DNA from: Bacteroidales bacterium
GTDB lineage: Bacteria > Bacteroidota > Bacteroidia > Bacteroidales > VadinHA17
Reading direction: 5' to 3'
Assembly (NCBI GenBank): GCA_034005245.1
Contig: JAVEVC010000001.1
Coordinates: 161,999-225,998 of the forward strand
DNA length: 64,000 nucleotides
In this document: positions 57,028 through 64,000 of the stretch, piece after piece
Layout of the letters: every line of letters starts with the position of its first letter
How positions within the stretch are numbered: position 1 is the stretch's first letter
Translations under genes and position numbers: made by a program
Notes under the pieces: model-generated
Databases searched by the model: none
Seen by the model: the letters and a program-made list of their open reading frames with translations, nothing else
Told to the model about the DNA's origin: nothing

Positions 57028-59174
57028 GTTTTCGAAGTTTTGTTAATATCCTTCCGGGCTTTGGTTTTCCTGGCAGGTTTTCCGGGTTCCTTCAGTTCTG
57101 CTTCAGAAGGAACATTATCCGGACCGGAGGAAGGATTTTTCCCGGACGATGCGGAAGAGGCGCGGCTTTTTCCTGAAGCCAGGGCGCCTTTGGGTTCTGG
57201 TTTATTTTCAGTCGCTTCCTTCAGTATATCTGCTTTTCTTTTTCCAAAGATCCTCTCAAGATCTTCACTGAATATAACCTCTTTTTCGAGAAGCAGTTCC
57301 GCCAGTTCAGTAAGCCCTTTCATATTTTCCTTCAGCACATCTGTAGCTCTCTCATAGGCTCTCTCGATAATCTCTTTGACCTCCTTGTCAATCATTTCGG
57401 CAGTTTTCTCGCTGTACGGTTTGGTAAAGCCAAAATCGGTCTGCCCGGAAGAGTCGTAGAAGCTAATGTTTCCGACTTTTTCGCTCATCCCGAAGAACGA
57501 TACCATGGCATATGCCTGTTTGGTTATTTTTTCCAGGTCACTCAGGGCTCCCGTTGATATTTTTCCAAAAACGAGTTGTTCAGCGGCCCTTCCGCCAAGA
57601 GCATAAGCCATTTCATCAAGAAGTTGTTCCTGTGTTGTTATCTGCCTTTCTTCCGGAAGGTACCAGGCTGCGCCAAGAGCTCTGCCGCGGGGGATTATTG
57701 TAACCTTCACCAGCGGGCTTGCATGTTCCAGAAGCCAGCTTACCGTGGCATGACCAGCCTCATGATAGGCAATGGTCTTCTTCTCTTCCATCGAGATTAT
57801 CTTGTTCTTCCTTTCCAGTCCGCCTACTATCCGGTCTATGGCGTCGAGAAAATCCTGCTTCTCAACCTTTGTTTTGTTCTTTCGCGCTGCAATCAGCGCT
57901 GCTTCGTTGCATACATTGGCAATGTCAGCACCGGAGAATCCGGGTGTCTGCTTTGCAAGGAAAGAAATGTCAAAGTTCTTTTCGGTCTTTATTGGCCTGA
58001 GGTGTACCTTAAAAATCTCTTCCCTTTCCTTGAGATCAGGCAGTTCAACGTGAATCTGGCGGTCAAAACGGCCGGCACGCAAAAGTGCCCTGTCAAGTAT
58101 GTCGGCCCTGTTGGTTGCCGCAAGTATTATCACGCCCATATTTGTGCCAAAACCATCCATCTCGGTGAGAAGCTGATTAAGAGTGTTTTCCCTTTCATCA
58201 TTTGAGCCAAAGTTTACATTTCTCCCCCTTGCTCTTCCAACTGCATCTATTTCATCAATAAAAACTATGCAAGGAGCCTTTTCCTTAGCCTGTTTGAACA
58301 GGTCTCTGACCCTCGAGGCTCCGACACCCACGAACATTTCAACAAAGTCAGATCCGGAAATTGAGAAAAACGGCACATTCGCTTCTCCGGCAACAGCCTT
58401 GGCCAACAGTGTTTTTCCCGTTCCGGGAGGGCCTATCAGCAAGGCTCCCTTTGGTATCTTTCCCCCAAGCTGTGTATATTTCTTGGGATTCTTAAGAAAG
58501 TCTACTATCTCCATTACCTCTGTCTTGGCCTCCTCAAGGCCTGCAACATCACTGAAATTGATTTTTACATTCGTATCCTTGTCGAAGATCTGGGCTCTTG
58601 ATTTGCCCACGCTGAAAATCCCGCCTGCACCTCCGGCACCTCCGCCTGCCATCCTGCGCATGAAAAACATCCACAAAAATATAAGCAGGATAAAGGGAAG
58701 GGTCCATCCAAGTATTTCTCCAAAGTAGTTTCGGCGTGTTATCGTTTCGGGATAGATGATCTCACCGTCAGAGTAACCTGCCTTCTTCTGCTCCTCAAGG
58801 AAAAAAGGCTCAAAAGTACTGATATCAGCTATATTATAGGTGTAATGAGGTTTCTGATTGCCAACTCCCAACCCCATGCCGCCGCCGCCATTCCCGGAAA
58901 TGCCAGGATACCTGTCAGATTGCAGGGCTTCCTTTGTCAGATAGATCTCAGCCATTTCCTTATTGACAACAACCAGCCTTTCAATGTCACGGTTTGATAT
59001 CATCTCCATCAAATCTCTTGTAAGAGCCTTGGGAGTTGACTTGCCGGAATAGATAAGCTGAATGGCTATGAAGGAGATTGCCAGTATAGCAAAAATCCAG
59101 TTGGAATTGAATTTAGGCTTCAGGTTCTTATCGGATTTATTGTCAGTGCCTTTGTTATTATTATTTTCGGCCAT
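57024..59174 (-). CDS. ftsH: ATP-dependent zinc metalloprotease FtsH
   Basis: Walker A GPPGTGKT, the zinc site HEAGHA, and a basic low-complexity C-terminal tail. Its stop codon overlaps the cdsA start. Confidence 0.95.
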   Translation of the reverse strand: MAENNNNKGTDNKSDKNLKPKFNSNWIFAILAISFIAIQLIYSGKSTPKALTRDLMEMISNRDIERLVVVNKEMAEIYLTKEALQSDRYPGISGNGGGGMGLGVGNQKPHYTYNIADISTFEPFFLEEQKKAGYSDGEIIYPETITRRNYFGEILGWTLPFILLIFLWMFFMRRMAGGGAGGAGGIFSVGKSRAQIFDKDTNVKINFSDVAGLEEAKTEVMEIVDFLKNPKKYTQLGGKIPKGALLIGPPGTGKTLLAKAVAGEANVPFFSISGSDFVEMFVGVGASRVRDLFKQAKEKAPCIVFIDEIDAVGRARGRNVNFGSNDERENTLNQLLTEMDGFGTNMGVIILAATNRADILDRALLRAGRFDRQIHVELPDLKEREEIFKVHLRPIKTEKNFDISFLAKQTPGFSGADIANVCNEAALIAARKNKTKVEKQDFLDAIDRIVGGLERKNKIISMEEKKTIAYHEAGHATVSWLLEHASPLVKVTIIPRGRALGAAWYLPEERQITTQEQLLDEMAYALGGRAAEQLVFGKISTGALSDLEKITKQAYAMVSFFGMSEKVGNISFYDSSGQTDFGFTKPYSEKTAEMIDKEVKEIIERAYERATDVLKENMKGLTELAELLLEKEVIFSEDLERIFGKRKADILKEATENKPEPKGALASGKSRASSASSGKNPSSGPDNVPSEAELKEPGKPARKTKARKDINKTSKT

Positions 59175-59185
59175 ATTTTAATTAC

Positions 59186-59560
59186 TTACAACATTATGTC
59201 TTTTACTTCTTCAATAGCTGCATCAGCCCACAAAGATTCGAGACTGTAAAAACTCCTGTACTCTTCAAGGAAAACATGTACTACTACGTCGCCATAATCC
59301 ATAAGAACCCAGAAACAGTTCTCCAGCCCTTCAATATGCTGAGGTTTGACTCCGGCTCCGGTTCTTACGCTGTCCTCCACAGAATCAGAAATAGACTCAA
59401 CCTGTGTGATTGAGCTACCATGACAGATAACAAAAAAATCAGTTATAGTGTTTTCAAGTTTTCTTAAATCTATCTTCAGAACATCCTTTCCTTTCTTTTC
59501 GTGCATCCCCTTGAAGATGCTTTCCAGGATTAGTTCTGTTCCCCCGGGCTTTTTCTTCAT
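59186..59560 (-). CDS. rsfS: ribosome silencing factor RsfS
   Basis: About 124 aa with an RsfS-like core (DFFVICHGSSITQV ... WVLMDYGDVVVHVF). I chose the ATG at 59560, because the track start at 59563 is a TTG. Confidence 0.8.
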   Translation of the reverse strand: MKKKPGGTELILESIFKGMHEKKGKDVLKIDLRKLENTITDFFVICHGSSITQVESISDSVEDSVRTGAGVKPQHIEGLENCFWVLMDYGDVVVHVFLEEYRSFYSLESLWADAAIEEVKDIML

Positions 59561-59589
59561 CAAGTAAATTCCTATTGTATCTCAAGTCG

Positions 59590-59597
59590 CAAAAGTA
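59590..59597 (-). promoter_or_regulatory. putative -7 promoter box (TACTTTTG) for rsfS-ftsH
   Basis: Exact TAnnTTTG on the minus strand, 29 nt upstream of the ATG at 59560. Confidence 0.4.
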
Positions 59598-59611
59598 CAA
59601 ACTTTTATCAG

Positions 59612-59619
59612 TATTTTTG
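59612..59619 (+). promoter_or_regulatory. putative -7 promoter box (TATTTTTG) for birA
   Basis: Exact TAnnTTTG, 26 nt upstream of the in-frame ATG at 59646. Confidence 0.35.
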
Positions 59620-59645
59620 TATAGGCCAATCTCTTTTTGCAATTA

Positions 59646-60473
59646 ATGTCCCTGCTGAGGAAACTAAACAAAAGCAGTTCAGTATCAGTATTACACATTA
59701 TTAAATACCCCGCCATGATAATAGGATCCAGTATAATCTATTACCCGGAAGTTGACTCAACTAACACACTGGCAATGGGCATGCTTAAAACCGGAAAACT
59801 ACCTGAAGGAGCGGTGATCCATGCCGGATACCAGACGGGAGGAAGAGGACAGCCAGGTAATAACTGGGAGAGCGAGGAAGGCAAGAACCTGCTGATAAGC
59901 CTTATACTATACCCTGAATTCATTAAGCCGGCAGAACAGTTCCTGATCTCTATGGCAATTTCACTGGGTATCTGTGATTTTTTGAGGGAGTATTTCAGCA
60001 ACTGCATGATCAAATGGCCAAACGACATATATGCAGCCGATGAAAAAATTGCTGGCATCCTCATTGAAAACGCAATTTCAGGCGAAAAGATCATTAATAC
60101 TGTAGCGGGCATAGGACTGAATATCAATCAGACGTATTTCAAAAGCGGCCCCCCCAGCCCTGTATCTCTCAAAATGCTTACCGGAAGAGAATATGACATT
60201 AAAGCCTGCCTTAACCGGTTGCTTTCTAATCTTGATAAAAGATATAAAAAACTCATTTCAGGAAAGCATTCGGATATCAGGAAAGATTATACCGCTTCAC
60301 TTTACAGGTATATGGAATGGCATTCATTCTTTGGTAAAGGCCAGCCTTTTACCGGACGCATAACGTCAGTGAGTGTTTCAGGCCTGCTTCAGATTGAAGA
60401 TCGGAAGGGTAATATAAATGAATTTGCTTTCAGGGAGATTGAATTTGCTGATAAGGGTTACTCCAACCGGTGA
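59646..60473 (+). CDS. birA: biotin--[acetyl-CoA-carboxylase] ligase (group I, no HTH)
   Basis: VDSTNT and GRGQPGNNWES motifs. The start is ambiguous: ATG at 59646 (fits the promoter box) or ATG at 59715 (MIIGSSIIYYPEVDSTN). Confidence 0.8.
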   Translation: MSLLRKLNKSSSVSVLHIIKYPAMIIGSSIIYYPEVDSTNTLAMGMLKTGKLPEGAVIHAGYQTGGRGQPGNNWESEEGKNLLISLILYPEFIKPAEQFLISMAISLGICDFLREYFSNCMIKWPNDIYAADEKIAGILIENAISGEKIINTVAGIGLNINQTYFKSGPPSPVSLKMLTGREYDIKACLNRLLSNLDKRYKKLISGKHSDIRKDYTASLYRYMEWHSFFGKGQPFTGRITSVSVSGLLQIEDRKGNINEFAFREIEFADKGYSNR

Positions 60474-60876
60474 ATTTTTCCATCTCGCTGACAAGTATCT
60501 CCAGAAATTTTTTGACCGGACCTGATACCATCATCTGTAATATCGGACTTATTTCCGCATCAAGAACCACGTTGACAGCAGCCCTTTTTTCTTCATTCTG
60601 ATCAATGCCGAATAATAGCCTGAAATTATTGGAGCCCAACGCAATACCTGAAAAAATGATACTTCTGGCAGGATTTTTTTCAGATAGCCACATCCGAACA
60701 TTCCCCAGGGGAGAAACATTAAAGCTGACATTCTCCCTCTCGATCTTAAGATCATTTACATATTCCACCGTCATGAACTGCTTCAGATTCCTGAGATCGG
60801 ATATGAATTCAGAAAAATCCTCCGGTGTGCAGGAAAGGATGCCTGTCCTGCTTTTAAAGTTTAATGTATCTGCCAT
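60430..60876 (-). CDS. hypothetical protein (possibly SRPBCC-like)
   Basis: 148-aa ORF, 83 nt downstream of pyrE on the same strand. Its 3' end overlaps the birA 3' end by 44 nt. No motif recognised. Confidence 0.45.
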   Translation of the reverse strand: MADTLNFKSRTGILSCTPEDFSEFISDLRNLKQFMTVEYVNDLKIERENVSFNVSPLGNVRMWLSEKNPARSIIFSGIALGSNNFRLLFGIDQNEEKRAAVNVVLDAEISPILQMMVSGPVKKFLEILVSEMEKFTGWSNPYQQIQSP

Positions 60877-60959
60877 TCCGGGAAATATTAAACATAAATT
60901 TAATTCATTATTGATGAAGTCTTTACAAGTTCAGGATCAGTGATTCTTCTTTTCAGTAA

Positions 60960-61595
60960 TTAGCTCAAGGGCCAGGATGATGGGTTTTCGCGCCAGCTTT
61001 TAAGGGTTTCAAGATCAGAATTATTAATATATCCCGATTCAGCTGCCGATTTAACCAGTTCACTGTAACTGCTGAGAGTGTGTAGGGAACATTCCTCAGA
61101 AGCGAAAGCATCGGCTGCTTTTTTAAACTCATAGGTGAAAATAGCCACCATGCCAAGCACCTGGCATCCGGCTTCGCGAAGAGCCCTGACAGCCGACAGG
61201 CTGCTTCCTCCGGTCGAAATAAGGTCCTCAACAACAACCACCTTTTGCCCGGATTCAAAATATCCTTCTATCTGATTGCCAAGACCGTGTTCCTTAGCCC
61301 CCGACCTTACGTAAATAAAAGGAAGCCCGAGAGCCTCAGCTGCCAGAGCACCGTGGGCAATAGCACCTGTTGCCACTCCGGCAATAACCTCCGTCTGGGG
61401 ATGCAGTTCCATGATAAGGCCGGCAAATGAATCGCGTATATAAGACCTGACTTCCGGGAAAGATAATGTTTTACGGTTATCGCAATATATTGGCGACTTC
61501 CATCCTGAGGCCCATGTAAAAGGATTTGATGGTTGCAATTTAATTGCTTTAATTTGCAAGAGATATTCAGCGATTATTTTTGCCCTGTTTTCCAT
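60960..61595 (-). CDS. pyrE: orotate phosphoribosyltransferase
   Basis: The N-terminus is IKAIKLQPSNPFTWASGWKSPIYCDNR, and the PRPP loop is VVVVEDLISTGGSS. Confidence 0.9.
   Translation of the reverse strand: MENRAKIIAEYLLQIKAIKLQPSNPFTWASGWKSPIYCDNRKTLSFPEVRSYIRDSFAGLIMELHPQTEVIAGVATGAIAHGALAAEALGLPFIYVRSGAKEHGLGNQIEGYFESGQKVVVVEDLISTGGSSLSAVRALREAGCQVLGMVAIFTYEFKKAADAFASEECSLHTLSSYSELVKSAAESGYINNSDLETLKSWRENPSSWPLS
61575..61582 (+). promoter_or_regulatory. putative -7 promoter box (TATTTTTG) for the NUDIX gene, inside the first codons of pyrE
   Basis: Exact TAnnTTTG, 21 nt upstream of the ATG at 61604. Confidence 0.35.
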
Positions 61596-61603
61596 CGGAT
61601 ATT

Positions 61604-62230
61604 ATGTATAAAGTCTATTTTGAAGACCGGTTCATTTTTATAAGCTCTGAACCCGACCGCTTACAAAAATACGGGTTATTCCATAAATTTGGCGCTACCA
61701 GCGAACTTTATAAGATGATATCTTATTTTCAGGATAATAAAATGATCCCGTCGGTTAATGTCTATGGCATGAACATTAATCACGTCTGGAAGATCTTCAG
61801 GATATATTTCACTGAGGTAGGAGCTGCCGGAGGTCTTGTCAGGCACTCATCGGGAAGGTATCTGTTCATAGAAAAGAAAGGGAAGCTCGATCTTCCCAAA
61901 GGTCATATTGATCCGGGCGAGGAACCTGAATCATGTGCCATAAGAGAGGTTGCTGAAGAGTGCGGGATAACAGGACATAAAATTGTAAAGCCTCTACATC
62001 CAAGTTACCACACATACACCTGGGAAGGGATTTCATATCTTAAGAAGACACACTGGTTCCTGATGGATTATAGCGGACCAATGATTACTGAGCCTCAGGT
62101 CAGCGAGGGAATAACGAAGGTCGAATGGCACTCTCCCGACGAACTCAGCAAAATAAGGAGCAAAGCATGGCTTTCGCTTATTGATATTATAAACACTTCG
62201 ATACTGAAAGACCAGACCCTTCACCGCTAA
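61604..62230 (+). CDS. NUDIX hydrolase
   Basis: NUDIX box GHIDPGEEPESCAIREVAEECGI. I chose the ATG at 61604. Confidence 0.8.
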   Translation: MYKVYFEDRFIFISSEPDRLQKYGLFHKFGATSELYKMISYFQDNKMIPSVNVYGMNINHVWKIFRIYFTEVGAAGGLVRHSSGRYLFIEKKGKLDLPKGHIDPGEEPESCAIREVAEECGITGHKIVKPLHPSYHTYTWEGISYLKKTHWFLMDYSGPMITEPQVSEGITKVEWHSPDELSKIRSKAWLSLIDIINTSILKDQTLHR

Positions 62231-62273
62231 CTTATACCGGGTACATTAAATCTGCTGAAAGGATCTTGTCCTG

Positions 62274-62753
62274 TCACTCTTCTCCCCTGTAATCATTTAT
62301 ATTTATTGCCGCCGGGACAAACATTGATGCATCTCCCCCATTCCGTATAATGTCACGCACGATATAGGAGTTGACATGGGCATGTTCCGGTGCTGTAAGG
62401 AAGAACACTGATTCAACCTCCGGCGCAAGGACCTTGTTTACCTGAGCAACAGCTCTCTCAAATTCAAAGTCTGCAGAGGTTCTGAGTCCCCTGACTAGGT
62501 AACTCGCTCCCTTCTTCCTGCAGTAATCAACTGTAAGCCCTTCATAGTGGTCGACGGTTATCCTCGGCTCGTTCATGAATACTTTTTTTATTATTTCCTG
62601 CCGTGCACCGAGGGGGTAATAAGTCTTCTTCAGAGCATTGGAACCTACTGCAATAATAAGCTCATCAAAAAGGCTGAGCGCTCTGAGGACTATTCCCTCG
62701 TGACCGATTGTAAAGGGATCGAATGAACCCGGGAAAACAGCAATTCTTTTCAT
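62274..62753 (-). CDS. coaD: pantetheine-phosphate adenylyltransferase
   Basis: [16 protein letters not shown], 159 aa. Confidence 0.9.
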   Translation of the reverse strand: MKRIAVFPGSFDPFTIGHEGIVLRALSLFDELIIAVGSNALKKTYYPLGARQEIIKKVFMNEPRITVDHYEGLTVDYCRKKGASYLVRGLRTSADFEFERAVAQVNKVLAPEVESVFFLTAPEHAHVNSYIVRDIIRNGGDASMFVPAAININDYRGEE

Positions 62754-64000
62754 TCAAATGAAATGTTTTTTGGATTCCTGACTTTCTGCTTTAGAAGGGA
62801 AAGTTCCAGAACCTCCATGATGGAGTTGACATAATGGAATTTCAGACCTCTGATATAAATCTCATTTATATCTTCAACATCTTTCCGGTTTTCTTCCGAC
62901 AGTATTATCTCCTTTATGCTGGCCCTTTTGGCAGCAAGGATCTTCTCCTTGATACCTCCCACTGGAAGCACCTTGCCTCTGAGGGTGATTTCGCCTGTCA
63001 TGGCAAGATACTTCTTGACCTTTCTCTGGGTAAAAGCCGATGCAATAGAAGCAGCCATGGTAATCCCGGCTGAAGGTCCGTCCTTAGGTATGGCACCTTC
63101 AGGGACATGTATATGAATATTCCACTTTTCGGAGAAAAATTCCGGCAGATCAAGAAGACCGGCATTCGACTTGAGGTATTCAAGTGCAATTATGGCCGAT
63201 TCTTTCATAACCTCGCCGAGATTACCCGTCAGGGTAAGTTTTCCGTTCCCCCGGCTCAGGCTTGTTTCTATAAAAAGTATATCGCCTCCTGCCGGGGTCC
63301 ATGCCAGACCTGTGACAACCCCTGCCTGATCATTCCCCGCATAAATATCGCGGATGTATTTGGGAGGCCCGAGCATATTTTCAAGCATCGGCTGAGACAG
63401 TTCAACCTCATATGGTATTTCCGATGCTATGTTCTTTGCGGTCACCCTTGTGATCTTTGCAAGCTTCTTGTCAAGCTCTCTCACTCCCGACTCCCGTGTA
63501 TATCTGTCAATAAGAGTCATCATAATACCATTTCCAATCTTAAGCTCTTCTGGCTTAACCCCATGGTTTTCCAGCTGTTTTGGGAGGAGATGCCTCCTGG
63601 CAATCTCCAGTTTCTCTTCAAGAAGATAGCCTGTGATCTCGATCAGTTCCATCCTGTCCCTGAGAGCGGGACTTATTGTAGAAAGTGTATTGGCTGTGGC
63701 AATGAAAAGAACTTTTGACAGGTCGTATTCCATTTCAAGGAAGTTGTCAAAGAAAGCATTGTTCTGTTCCGGATCCAGTACCTCAAGAAGTGCCGACGAC
63801 GGATCTCCCCTGAAATCCTGCCCCACTTTGTCGATCTCGTCAAGGATGAAGACGGGGTTTGATGCGCCCGCTCTCTTAATGTTCTGTATTATGCGGCCAG
63901 GCATGGCCCCAATGTAGGTTTTTCTGTGGCCTCTGATCTCTGCCTCATCATGAAGCCCTCCCAAAGACATTCTGACATATTTCCTGCAAAGGGCTTTTGC
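62750..64000 (-). CDS. lon: Lon protease, C-terminal part (the gene continues past the right edge)
   Basis: [26 protein letters not shown] and the protease-domain segment [12 protein letters not shown]. The frame stays open upstream of the track Met (…[11 protein letters not shown]…). Confidence 0.9.
   Translation of the reverse strand, partial: AKALCRKYVRMSLGGLHDEAEIRGHRKTYIGAMPGRIIQNIKRAGASNPVFILDEIDKVGQDFRGDPSSALLEVLDPEQNNAFFDNFLEMEYDLSKVLFIATANTLSTISPALRDRMELIEITGYLLEEKLEIARRHLLPKQLENHGVKPEELKIGNGIMMTLIDRYTRESGVRELDKKLAKITRVTAKNIASEIPYEVELSQPMLENMLGPPKYIRDIYAGNDQAGVVTGLAWTPAGGDILFIETSLSRGNGKLTLTGNLGEVMKESAIIALEYLKSNAGLLDLPEFFSEKWNIHIHVPEGAIPKDGPSAGITMAASIASAFTQRKVKKYLAMTGEITLRGKVLPVGGIKEKILAAKRASIKEIILSEENRKDVEDINEIYIRGLKFHYVNSIMEVLELSLLKQKVRNPKNISFE

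Noticed and set aside
57576-58205. A 209-aa plus-strand ORF, with several others at 57719-58728, lying inside ftsH on the opposite strand.
   Set aside because: These are antisense shadow ORFs of a highly conserved gene. Their sequences are low-complexity and Ser/Leu/Cys-rich with no motifs. The same reasoning applies to 35862..36416 (antisense to the aspartase-like gene), 32997..33455 (antisense to the ABC permease), 3470..3865 (antisense to pnuT) and 63107..63718 (antisense to lon).
1-64000. I looked for CRISPR arrays, tRNA/rRNA genes, IS elements, integrases, toxin-antitoxin pairs and defence-system ATPase or nuclease genes.
   Set aside because: I noticed no direct-repeat/spacer arrays, no tRNA-like cloverleaf candidates in the intergenic regions I read, and no transposase, integrase, restriction or abortive-infection-like ORFs. 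By-eye scanning can miss short or degenerate elements. tRNAscan, Infernal and ISfinder-type searches would be decisive.

Overview
This 64-kb chromosomal segment reads as a Bacteroidota genome from an anaerobic or microaerotolerant organism. The taxon call rests on four things: exact TAnnTTTG -7 promoter boxes 18-39 nt upstream of many start codons; the syntenies DUF4290-murA, parA-parB-DUF5683-lytic transglycosylase, DUF4492-cydAB and rsfS-ftsH-cdsA-psd; a TonB receptor with a CarboxypepD_reg N-terminus; and Gln at +1 of most signal-peptidase-I sites. I call about 57 protein-coding genes. I saw no rRNA or tRNA genes, no CRISPR array, and no transposase, integrase or phage genes. Most of the window is core housekeeping:
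- chaperones (grpE, dnaJ, hsp20) and proteases (ftsH, lon)
- cell wall and chromosome partitioning (murA, parAB)
- phosphatidylethanolamine synthesis (cdsA, pssA, psd)
- cofactor and nucleotide genes (pyrE, coaD, birA)
- cytochrome bd and a flavodiiron protein
- kup and cstA

A TPP riboswitch, which an ORF track cannot show, sits in front of a thiamine-salvage operon (TonB receptor, PnuT, thiamine pyrophosphokinase). The only accessory-looking block is 9.2-20.8 kb. It holds seven co-directional genes: two tandem GH9-like lipoproteins, a CE4 deacetylase, a clan GH-A hydrolase, two tandem nitrilase-superfamily paralogs (one with a Tat signal, one leaderless) and a Tat-signal aldo/keto reductase. 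It has no SusC/SusD pair, transporter or regulator, and it is my best candidate for an undescribed system. Other items worth a second look:
- a 1009-aa SGNH-MBOAT fusion at the end of the par/lytic-transglycosylase gene string
- an orphan sigma-54 activator with no DNA-binding domain, plus a -24/-12-type promoter upstream of hsp20
- an isolated hydF next to an aspartase-family lyase
- an unannotated 52-aa single-TM ORF and short tandem repeats just downstream of cydB
- MurA with Asp at the fosfomycin-target Cys position

All family assignments come from motifs read by eye. No database search was run.
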